Source of the DNA: the human T2T-CHM13v2.0 reference genome, Homo sapiens
DNA length: 64,000 nucleotides
NCBI RefSeq assembly: GCF_009914755.1
Contig: NC_060934.1
Reading direction: 5' to 3' (one strand)
Each line of letters begins with the position of its first letter. Positions within the stretch are counted from its first letter, which is position 1. The notes under the pieces were generated by a model. That model had not been told where the DNA came from and searched no databases. It saw nothing but the letters and a program-made list of their open reading frames with translations. A program made the position numbers and the translations under genes. This document shows positions 46,529 to 64,000 of the stretch, one piece after another.

Positions 46529-49500
46529 GAAGTTTGAATTACTTATTTTGAATTTATATTTGTGTGACCCTTGACTTTTTGGGGTACCCATTTGTCATTG
46601 ATCTTTTTCCCTTCCATGGACAGTTATGTTCCTGTTCATCACTAAGTCTCTATTTTCTTCCAGAGGTCTTTGTGGGGTGGCTCTGGATTTTGTGAAGACT
46701 GCTTCTTTGTACCTCTTTGGAGATGTCTTGTGCTCCCTTGGTTAAATCATAAATGGCTTTTTTGGTTCTGAATCACTTGGTAGTTACCTTTGGTTTAAAA
46801 GAAAAAAAACTGAAGTTCAGATAAATAAAGTTTTAAAAAAATAAAGTTTACTTCTCCTTCCTTTCTCTACGTCTGATACACATGAAGGGATCTAGATGGG
46901 ACTTTGAGTGACCCTGAAGCCTCTTGAGAACCACAACAAAAAGGTACCACTGACTCCCTGTTTTGGGGTTCTCTGTTTTCCTCATGGAGACTCAAAAGTC
47001 GTGAATGGGTTCCTCTCAGGTCTGAAATCTCTACTCTTTTTTGCATTAAACTCCCTCATCTATTTGACTTTTGTATACATACATGTATACGTGTGTGTTG
47101 TATGTTGTGTCTACATGTATGTGTCTATACATGTGTTTGCATATTATCTACATGATATCAAATTGACTTAAAAATAAATTAGTACTCATAAATTATATAA
47201 CTAGCCCAAAACTTTTCAAGTTCCCTTGACTTTAATAAATCTTTGGTAAATAAAGCTAGTTTTAAAATTGCTAGTAAAATAAAAATGTCTTCAAAATTTA
47301 ATTTAGACATTTTTGCCTAGGTCTACTGGTCACACAGGTTTATGCTACCTCTGTTAGATGTTTTAAGGTCATAAAACTGTTGTTTCTATGATATTCTTGA
47401 TATTTTCTTGATTTGTATATAAACTAAAACTGTAAGTGCTGGCTGCTGGGCTCCCAAAAGTCTTACACACATCCTACTGTGGCTTGTTGAGCCAAGCCCA
47501 ATATGGCCCCATCCTCCCTGGTCCAGCTCTGCCTCCTGGTCATGCTGAGAGGGGTCAGATCCTCCCAACATTGTCTTCACAAGTCCGTCCTCTGCCCTGG
47601 GCCCTATATTAGGTGTGCAAATCCAGGATTCAGACAGGTCCTACCCTTCGTAGTCATCCTGGGTGCCACATGGGTACTCAGAACCCAGGACAACTAGAGT
47701 AGGGACAATGGGGAGGGACCTGTGTCCAGTATCTCAAAGGCCTTAGTTAAGATAAAATTAGCTGATGCTGGTTTTGCTTTTTCAAAAAAAATACATAATA
47801 ACCTAAATAAATAGCTTTATTTTCCATGAATAATTCAAATATAACTGTTAAAAAATATTTTTCAATAATTTAAAATCTTAAGGACATGTTATGTTAAGTA
47901 GTAGAGAATCATGAAATGTTTGAGTCATTTCTAAGTAAGTTAAAATACTAAAACATTAATTATTAAGCATAGTTTAGATAATTTTGACATCTTGTTCTTA
48001 TATGGCATAGAAAAGCTAAATATATCTGTATCTGTTAATGAGCAAAAAACTGATGAAACATCTTTCTAAAAATTATAAAATTGTTTTCATTTACAAACAC
48101 TGATATAAAACAGTTCAAAATTACTTACTTCCTAGGTTTTCAGTAGAAACTAGGGTTACTAAGAGTTACTATTATAATTAGTATATAATTAAAACTACTG
48201 TATATGATAAACAACTATGTATGGAGTATGTAAGGGAAGTAAAATGTTATAAGGTATGAGGATGTGCTTTTGTTGAGAAAAAGCAATTTCATATAGTTCA
48301 GAGATTATGTAAAGGTTGTTTCAAAATGAGAAAAATGATATAAATAAAACTAAATGGGTATAGAAAGTTGAGAAAGAGAGAATTTCAAAATAATTAAGGT
48401 GAATGAAATATTTAATATTTAATATTAAATTTATTTAAAATTTACTATTTGTTTTTAAACTGAGCCTTAAAATCAAAAATAGTCTACAAAACTAGAATTT
48501 TATTTTCTCCTTTGAACAAGATTTTCATATAGTATCAATAAGAAATAGTAAACGACTTTGGTTCACATTTTGAGTAAACTGCAAAAAAAAAAAAAGGGGA
48601 GAAACAGCTTTTGTGTGCCTCATGCTATCTTAATAGGTCTTTTGAGTATTTGAAAAACTAAGTCTCATCTCTGTCAAACTGTCAAAGAGTAAAGGTTTTG
48701 GCTTTTGGAAATCCTTTATTACACCAGCTAAATGAATGACTTTATTTCACAGTAATTTTTGATCAAATATTTTAAATGTTTGACATACTTGACAAGCTTC
48801 CCAAAATCAACCTTCAAATTCTAAAGTAAGTCTTTTTGACTTCAAACTAACTTTGGGATTTTCCCAAAGACCCCTGAAGTATCCAAAAGAGAAATAATAA
48901 ACAGGTTTAGTTTATATATTAAATTATATGGGAAGAACTGTCAAATAACAAATAATGTTTAACCTTTTTTCTGAGTTATATTTATATGGCTATCTTGTTA
49001 GTATGTGTTCCAAAACTGTATGAGATTTCTTAAAATATGATATATCTTGGTATATGTTGTCATTCATAATTATGAGTGTTATGTTGAATTGTTGTAGGCC
49101 ACAAAAAAAAGACCAAATATCTTTGTCAATTGTTTATTTAACCATGGCCATTTTAAGTCCCATTGTCCACAGTTAATTGTTTTATTCTGATGCTTTTTTT
49201 TTCTTGAAAGCTCTTCCCAAATCCTGAAGTATGGGTCTTCAAAGAAGTTCATGGGAATAACACTGACAAATAAAGGTTTCTGACAACTCTGAAACTGTAT
49301 AAGTGAATCAATGAACTGTGTAAAAATTCCAGAACTCTAATAAAAAAAAAAACTGGACTCATAAAATTGCTAAACTACCATCAAGCAGAACAATAATTAA
49401 TTACATGGGACTGAACTGATAAAAGACTGAAATGATTATTTATGATTTTTTATTTAGGCTAATTATTTTTATGTTTTGTTCTCCAGAGTTAAAAAAAAAA

Positions 49501-50524
49501 CAACAACTTTTTAAAGGCTACAATTCCCCTGTGTTATGCACACTGAAATAAATTTTATATGTCCTTTCTCCTATTAATCTGCCTTTTCTCAATTGATTTT
49601 TCACCCGAACTTCCAGAGGGCAAAGGAGAAATTTGGCCTTCACCCCTACACTGCTTTGAAGCCACTAGGACATGGCTACCTTGGCATGTTCATTTCCAGT
49701 TTCCCAGAGTACCACCAGCAGCAGTCACCATCCACCAGCAATAAGCTGAAGCCAGACAAAACTGGAATACACGGCAGATACGCTGGTTTGGGAGCACAAG
49801 TGAGTCATAATTCAGAGACTTCAAAATTTGGAAATGCAGGAATGAACAGAAGAGAAAAGAGGTTTTATAGGAAAATCCCCACTCTAGCACAAGCAAGTGA
49901 GGTCAATTACAGGAACTCTGGATTGCTGCTGCTAATGGGACTTCCTTTGAACTTGCAAGGGTAGAGTAGGAGGCCAGGGAATCAGATTACATAAGGATAA
50001 GCATCTGGCCTACATGGCCCAGTGGTCTGGGAACTGAAAACAATGAGTCCCACAGAGGCTGAAGTATAATTCTGAGAATAGAATGTAGTTTGGAAACTGA
50101 AAAAAATCTGTTAAAACCCTGGCAACTAGGTAATCTTATTGTTCCTGAACAGCAGGAGTTTGTGAATCCAAACCTGAAAATGCCACATTCACTATGACTC
50201 AACTCTTCCCCTTGTTTCTACTTTCTGTGTATCTTTCAGCTTTGCACCTAATAGAACTGTTTAACCCTAGGTACTAACTGCTTAAATCTCAGAATATAGT
50301 CAACTCCTCAAAAAGAGGATGCTAACGGGACCAATTCATAATCATCCCCCAGAGGCAGAGCTCTCATGGCAGAGCACGTCACAGGGTTCTTGCCAACCTA
50401 TAACTGAGTGTCACTAAGTCAGTTGCCCACCCTGATAAAGTTAGCTGTAACAAGGGTGCCAAAGTGTCTTGAGAGCATTATGGAGACTTAACAAAAGGAA
50501 CCCCTAAAAAGAAGGCAAAGGGAA

Positions 50525-50908
50525 TGTAATAGTTATTAAGGCTGTTCACAAATATTCCCATTGTCCTCTGGGCACAGGGCAGGATCACATACCCAACATC
50601 CACTTTGACCACATAACTTGCTTTGACAAAAGCAATGTAAATAGAGGATTGACATATGTCATGTCCAGGTGAACATTTTAGGAGTTCTCGCATGATTTAT
50701 CATGTTCCATTTCCCCAGTTGCAATGACAGTGGAAGCACATGTTGAGATAAGTCTATATTAGCCTGGGTCTCTGAGTGCCTGTCTCAAGCAGAAACCCCA
50801 GCTCACATTGAACATGTAGCTTGAGCAGGAAATAAATTTTATTAAGCCTCTGAGATTTGGGGGTTGTCTTCTTATCACAGCACAACCTTGCTTATGCTGA
50901 CTAATACA
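50525..50908 (+). mobile_element. MLT1I/J-type MaLR LTR
   Basis: tgtaatag...aagcctctgagatttgggg...ctgactaataca. Confidence 0.75.
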
Positions 50909-52029
50909 GGGGCTGGTAGGTAAACTTGCCCCAGTGAGTATTAAAAGCTATCCCCAAGGGGACAGGTGGGAGACACTATGGAGGTAGAAATGAAAAAAAG
51001 GCCAAGAGGTCCTACAATACTTAGAGGTGAACGACAAAGAAATAATGTTTATTACTGTTCTTCTAACTCTAGATTTACTTCTTGAAAACATGGGATATAT
51101 TTACAGTCAGAAAATACATTTGACCTTTGCCCTTCAAAAAAAAACTTTACAAAAGATAACACATTATAAAGAGTTTGTTATTACTATTATTTTAAGGGAT
51201 TTTGAGTAAGTCAATTCTTTTAACTCACATTCAACATAAATCTGACACCTACCAAACTGTATTTTGCAGCAAATAAGATTATAGACAGTTTCATTATATA
51301 ATGACTGTAGCATGATCTAGCAGTTTATATCCCCTTCAGAGAGTATACAACATAGAGATGTAAATTCTTTGAAGCACAATTCTGCATAAATAGACTTTCT
51401 GCATTGCATTGCCAAACTTGGATCTTGAAAGTGATAAAGTGCAGATGCCTACAGTTGCAGTCATAAAAATGTAATTGCTGAGAAATTATTTCTGATCCAT
51501 TGGAAGAATTTATTACAGAGGGATGCAACTGTGTAAGTTATCACACAAGAAACTGAAAGTGAATGATTGAAATATATCCCAGGCTAAATATCCCTGCAAA
51601 ATGACCCAAGAGAAAAAAATCTCTGTGCCCAAGAGAAAAAAAAAATACATTAAAGATAAATCAGGTTTGGTAGGGAAGAATTTGGTAACCATAAAAGAGC
51701 AGAATAAAGATTTATGAAGAAATGAATTCAGAAGTTAGAGTGACATAATAGTATCTATGACCAATTACTCCAAAAATTAAAATGTAATTTTGACTTTGAG
51801 TTATATACAGAGGTGATAAGTAATTTCTGTGGAACCCTGGAAGCAAAGGAATATAACATGAAGATAAATCATGAGGAAAGTGAAGAAATTTTTAATGGGA
51901 CTACTGAATTAATAACTTTAGCTGGTGGCAATGTGAACTTAAAGACATGAACTTCTTTTGGAATGTTTTCCAGTGAAATCAGAGACTATATCATGTACTT
52001 AAACCATGTAACTATTTCAAATTAAACAC

Positions 52030-52457
52030 TCTTTGTAACAGTAGCCAAAATATGGGAACAACCATCTACAGATGAATGAATAAAGAAAATGTGGTGTTTA
52101 TGCAATCGAATACTATTCAGTCATAAAAAAAAGTAAATCCTGCCATTTTCTAACATGGATGAACCTGGAGGACATTATGCTAAATGGAATAAGCCAGACA
52201 CAGAAAGGCAAATACTGTATGATCTCACTTATATGTGAAATCTAAAAAAGTTAAATTCAAAGAAGCAGAGGGTAAAAGGGTGGTTTCCAGGTGCTAGCGA
52301 ATTGGGGAAATGGGGAAGATTGTTGATCAAAGGATATAAAATTTCAGTTTTAAGATGAATAAGTTTTGGGACTCTACTGTGTAGCATGGTGACTATAGTT
52401 AACATATTGTATTCTTTACTTGAAATTTGATAAGAAAGTAGATTTTAAGTGTCTTAG

Positions 52458-52500
<43 letters not shown>

Positions 52501-52657
52501 GGTAACTATGGGTAGAGATGGATGTGTTAATTCATTTGACTGTGGTAATCATTACACATTGCATACATACATCAAATCATCACATCGTACACCCTGAATG
52601 TACAGAATTTTTATTTGCCTCATTACCTGTCCATTAAATATATTAAAAAAAAAAAAC
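52030..52657 (+). mobile_element. L1MA-type 3' fragment containing (CA)20
   Basis: aacatggatgaacctggaggacattatgcta...gtgactatagttaac; A tail 52645-52656. Confidence 0.85.
52459..52498. repeat. (CA)20 microsatellite
   Basis: Seen directly. Confidence 0.98.
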
Positions 52658-55600
52658 ACTCCTTCTCCTCCTCCCCTGGGGTAGATGGCGGCGGCTAGAT
52701 TTGGAGCCCCAACCTCGCTGCCGGCACCAAGATGGACAATTAGAAGCAGCTGCGGTCTGCGCACTCAGAGAGGAAGGAAAGGAGCAAGTGAATTCAGCAC
52801 CTTCAACTGAAGTATCCAGGTTCTTGCATTAGGGCTGACTAGGCAAACAATTTGACCCACGAAGAACAAAGAAAAGCAGGGTGGGGCGATGGTCCACCTG
52901 GGAGCAGCACGGAGCCAAATGAACCCCCACCCTGAGCCAAGTAAAGCAGTAAGTGATTGTGAGACCCCACCTGGAAAACCACGCTTTTCCCACGGATCTT
53001 TGTAATCCGTGGATCAGGAGATCCTCTCGTGAGCCCACACCACCAGGGCGTTGGGTCTGATACACAGAACTGTGTAGAATGTTGGCAAAGCAGCCGTCCA
53101 GGCACACACAGAGACCCAGGAGTTTTCCACACTCCAGCCCCAGGATCCCTGGCAAGACGAGAGATCTGTCCGTATATATCCCTAGGAAGGGGGCTAAAAC
53201 CAGGGAGCCAAACAGCGTCATTCTGCAGGCCTGCTCCCACAGCACCCCACAAGTTAAGACCCACTGATTGGAATTCCAGCCAGCCAATGGCAACAGGCTG
53301 AGATGAGACCAAGTTCCTTGCGGGAGGGGCGGCCACCATCTCCATGGTTCAGTCGACTCAGCCATTCCAGCCTGATGGCTTTGGAGAATACAAATGGTCC
53401 AGACAAAGAAGGGTCCCCGACAATAGCACAGCTGCCTTGCCAGATTATAGCCAGACTGATTCTTTAAGTAGGACCCCAATCCATTCCTCCTCACAGGGTG
53501 GGACCTCCCTGTGGGGGTTTCAGCCACCCCAGCAAGGGCTCTACAGACAAAGCCCTGATCTCTCCCTGGGATGGAGCTCTCAGGAGGAGGGGTTGCCACA
53601 CCATCTCTGTGGTTCAGTGGACTCAGCCATTCTAGCCTGCCAGCTTTGGAGAATACAAACGGTCCAGATGAAGAAGGATCCCTCACTCCCCGCCCCAACG
53701 CAGCATATCTGCTCCACCAGAAAGCATCCAGACTGCTTCTGATCCCATTCCTCCTGACCAAGTGAGCCCTCCCAACAGGAGTCTACAGACACTTCCTACA
53801 GGCACATTAGGAACAGCAACATGTCAGTACCCCCACTGGGACAGAGCTTCCAGAAGAAGGAGCAGGCTGCTGTCTTTGTTGTTTCACAGCCTTCACTGGT
53901 GATACTTCCAGGTAAGGAAAACTGAGGCAACTAGGGTCTGGAGTGGACCCCCAGCAAACCACAGCAGCCCAACAGAAGAGTGACCTGACTGTTAAAAGAA
54001 AAACAAACAGAAAACAACACAACACCAACAAAAAAGACCCCATAAAAACCCCATTAAAAGTGAGCTTGAAGACTATCTTGCTGAAATAGAGCAGGAAGAC
54101 AAGATTAGAGAAAAAAGAGTGAAAAGGAAAAAACAAAACCTCTGAGAACTACAGGAATACATAAAAAGACCAAACCTATGACTGATTGGAGTACCTGAAA
54201 GAGACAGGGAGGATGGAACCAAGTTGGAAAACACAGTTCAGGATATCATCCAGGAGAACTTCCCCAACCTAGCAAAACAGGCCAACATATAAATTCAGGG
54301 AATGCAGAGAACCCCAGTAAGATGCTCCATGAGAAGATCAACCCCAAGACAAATAATCGTCAGATTCTTCAAGGTTAAAATGAAAGAAAAAATGTCAAGT
54401 GTAGCCAGAAAGAAAGGCCAGGTCACCTACAAAGGGAAGCCCATCAGACTAACAGCAGACCACTCAGTGGAAACCCTACAAGGCAGAAGAGATTGGGGGC
54501 CAATATTTAACATTCTTAAAGAAAAAAATTCCAACCCAGAATTTCATATCTGGCCATACTAAGCTTCATAAATGAAGAAGAAATAAGATCCTTTTCAGAC
54601 AGGCAAATGCTGAGGGAATTTGTCACCATTCAGTCTGCCTTGCAAGAGCTCCTAAAGGAAGCACTAAATATGGAAAAGAAAAAGCATTATCAGCCACTAA
54701 AAAACACACTGAAGTACACAGACCAGTGACACTATTAAGCAACTACATAAACAAGTCTGCAAAATAACCAGCTAGCATCATGATGATAAGATCAGATTCA
54801 CACAACAAGATTAACCTTAAATGTAAATGGGCTAAATGTTCCAATTAAAAGACACAGAATGACAAGTTGGATAAAGAGCCAAGACCCATCACAGTGCTGT
54901 CTTCAAGTGACCCATCTCACATGCAAAGACACACATCAGCTCAAAATAAAGGGATGGAGGAAAATTTACCAAGCAAATGGAAAACAGAAAAAAAGCAGAG
55001 GTTGCAATCCTAGTTTCTGACAAAATAGACTTTAGAACAACAAAGATCAAAAAAGACAAAGAAGGGCATTACATAATGATAAAGGGTTCAAACTGACAAG
55101 AAAAGCTAACTATCCTATATACATACACACAATATGGGAGCACCCAGATGCACAAAGCAAGTCCTTAGAAACCTATAAAGATACTTAGATTGGGAAATTT
55201 AAATACCCCACTGACAATATTAGACAGATCATCAAGACAGAAAATTAACAAAGATATTCAGGACCTGAACTCAGCTCTGGATCAAGTAGACCTAATAGAT
55301 ATCTACAGAACTCTCCACCCAAAAACAACAGAATATATATTCTTCTCATTCACCACAGAGAATACTATAATCACCTCTATGCACATAAACTAGAAAATCT
55401 AGAAGAAATGGATAAACTCCTGGACACATACACCCTCCCAAGACTGAACCAGGAAAAAACTGAATGCCTGAATAGACCAATAATGAGATCTGAAATTGAG
55501 GCAGCAATAAATAGCCTACCAACCAAAAAAAAGGCCCATGACCAGAAGGATTTATAGCTGAATTCTACCAGAGGTACAAAAAGGACTGGTATCATTTCTA

Positions 55601-57000
55601 CTAAAACTATTCAAAAAATTGAAAAGAAGGGACTCCTCTCTAACTCATTCTATGAGGCCAGCATCATCCTGATAAAATCTGGCAGAGATACAACCAAACA
55701 AATAAAACTTCAGGCCAAAATCTTTGATGAACATCGATACAAAAATCTTCAATAATATACTGGCAAACTGAATCGAAGAGAACATCAAAAAAATTATCCA
55801 CCATGATCGAGTTGTCTTCATCCCTGGGATGCAAGGTTGGTTCAACATATGCAAATCAACAAATGTGACTCATCACATAAACAGAACTAAAGACAAAAAC
55901 CACATGATTATCTCAATAGACGTAGAAAAGGACATCAATAAAATTCAACATCCCTTCATGTTAAAAACTCTCAATAAACTAGGTATTGAAGGAATATACC
56001 TCAAAAAAATAACCATCTATGACAAACCCACAGCCAATATCATACTAAATGGGCAAAAGCTGGAAGCATTCCCCTTGAAAACGCACAAGACAAGGATGCC
56101 CTCTCTTACCACTCCTATTCAACATAGTATCAAAAGTTCTGGCCAGGACAATAAGGCCAAGAAAAAGAAATAAAGAGTATCCAAGCAGGAAGAGAGAAAG
56201 TCAAATTATCTTTATTTGCAGATGACATGATCCTATATCTAGAAAAAGCCCATTGTATCAGCCCAAAAGCTCCTTAAGCTGATAAGCAACTTCAGCAAAG
56301 TCTCAGGATATAAAATCACCGTGCAAAAATTGCTAGCATTCCTATACATGAACAATAGGCAATCAGAGAGCCAAATCATGAATGAACTCCCAATTATGAT
56401 TGCTACAAAAATAATAAAAGATCTAAGAACACAGCTAACAAGGGAAGTGAAAGCCTTCTTCAAGGAGAACTACAAATCACTGCTCAAAGAAATCAGAGAG
56501 GACACAAACAAACGGAAAATCATTCCATCCTCATGGATAGGAAGAATCAATGTCGTTAGAATGGCCATACTGCCCAAAGCAATTTATAGATTCACTGCTA
56601 TTCCTATTAAACTACCACTGACATTCTTCACAGAATTAGAAAAAAAACTATTTTAAAATGTATTTGGAACCAAAAAACAGCTCAAATAGCCAAGACAATC
56701 CTAAGCAAAAAGAACAAAGCTGGAGGCTTCACACTACCCAAATTCAAACTATACTACAGGGCTACAGTAACCAAAACAGCATGGTACTGGTATAAAAACA
56801 GACACGTAGACCAATGGAACAGAATAGGGAACTCAGAAATAAGACCACAAACCTACAACCATCTGATCTTCGACAAACCTGACAAAAACAAGCAATGGGG
56901 AAAAGATTTCCTATTTAATAAATAGTGCTGGGAGAACTGGCTAGCCACATGCAGAAAATTGAAACTGGACCCCTACCTTACACCATATACAAAAAGTAAC

Positions 57001-62363
<5,363 letters not shown>

Positions 62364-62722
62364 AACCCAAGATGGATTAAATATTTAAATGTAAAACCCA
62401 AAACTATAAAAACCCTAGAAGAAAATTGAGGCAATAGCATTCAGGACATAGGCAAAGGCAAAGATTTCATGATGAAAATGCCAAAAGCAATTGCAGCAAA
62501 AGCAAAAACAGACAAATGGGTTCTAATTAAACTAAAGAGTTTCCTCACAGCAAAAGAAATTATCATCAGAGTGAACAGACAACCTACAGAATGGGAGAAA
62601 ATTTTTGCAATCTATTCATCTGGCAAAGGTCTAATATCCAGAGTCTACAAGGAACTTAAACAAATTTACAAGAAAAAAAAAACATTAAAAAGTGGGCAAA
62701 AGACATGAACAGACACTTCTCA

Positions 62723-63074
<352 letters not shown>

Positions 63075-63866
63075 TCATCGGAGAAATGCAAATCAAAATG
63101 ACAATGAGCTACCATCTCATTGTCAGAATGCTTATTAAAAAGTCAAAAAACAACAGATGCTGACAAGGTTGCAGAGAAAAAGGAATGCTTTTACATTGTT
63201 GGTGGGTATGTAAATTAGTTCAAACATTGTGGAAGACAGCGTGGCGATTTCTCAAAGACCTAGATGCAGAAATACCATTTGACTCAGCAATCCCATTACT
63301 GGGTATATACCCAAAGGAATATATATCATTCCATTATAAAGATACATGCACATGCATGTTCACTGCAGCACTATTCACAATAGCAAAGACATGGAATCAA
63401 CCTAAACGCCCATCAGTGATAGACTGGATAAAGAAAATGTGGTACATATATACCATGGAATACTATGCAGTCATAAAAAAGAACAAGTTCACGTCCTTTG
63501 TAGGGACATGGATGGAGTTGGAAGTCATTATCCTCAGCAAACTAATGCAGGAACAGAAAACCAAACACCACATGTTCTCACTTATAAGTGGGAGCTGAAG
63601 GATGAGAACACATGGACTCATGGGGGGAACACACTGGGGTCTGTCAGCAGGGGTGGGAGGAGGGAGAGCATCAGGAAGAATAGCTAATGGACGCTGGGCT
63701 TAATACCTAGGTGATGGGATGATCTGTGCAGCCAACCACCATGGCACGTGTTTACCTATGTAACAAACCTGCACATCCTGCACATGTACTCCTGAACTTA
63801 AAATAAAAGTTGATGAAAAATAAATACTGAGGTCTACTTAGTCTTTTCAAATAAACAGGTTACTCT

Positions 63867-64000
63867 TTTTTTTTCTTTTATTATACCTTAAGTTCTGGGA
63901 TACATATGCAGAACGTGCAGGTTTGTTACATAGGTATACACATGCCATGGTGGTTTGCTGCATCCATCAACCCATCATCTACATTAGGTATTTCTCCTAA
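63867..64000 (-). mobile_element. L1PA7-like 3' end, continuing beyond the window
   Basis: ttattataccttaagttctgggatacat...gtttgttacataggtatac. Confidence 0.85.

Noticed and set aside
52829-53761. 310-aa antisense ORF and overlapping ORFs
   Set aside because: They lie within a GC-rich L1 5'UTR where stop codons are scarce; no recognisable domain.

Overview
Primate (almost certainly human) intronic DNA from CTNNA3 (alpha-T-catenin; chr10q21 by recall), transcribed on the minus strand. The only host exon I can support is a 193-nt coding exon at 27187-27379. Most of the rest is transposon-derived: several long L1s, some nested, plus about ten Alus, a MER34/MER4-group ERV1 provirus, solo LTRs, DNA transposons and L2 relics. 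The most notable observations are: (1) two inverted L1PA5-like copies about 51 kb apart bracket the exon and share at least 8 non-consensus substitutions, some likely inactivating, which suggests ectopic gene conversion; (2) a sense-oriented LTR12 promoter lies upstream of a candidate cryptic exon ending in a Kozak ATG in frame with the CTNNA3 exon; (3) a CpG-rich, non-L1 5' extension lies inside the TSD of an old L1; (4) a CCA-tailed tRNA-Glu copy sits inside the ERV; (5) a MER85 retains its CSB-PGBD3 palindrome. Repeat subfamily names and consensus comparisons come from memory and need RepeatMasker/Dfam confirmation.
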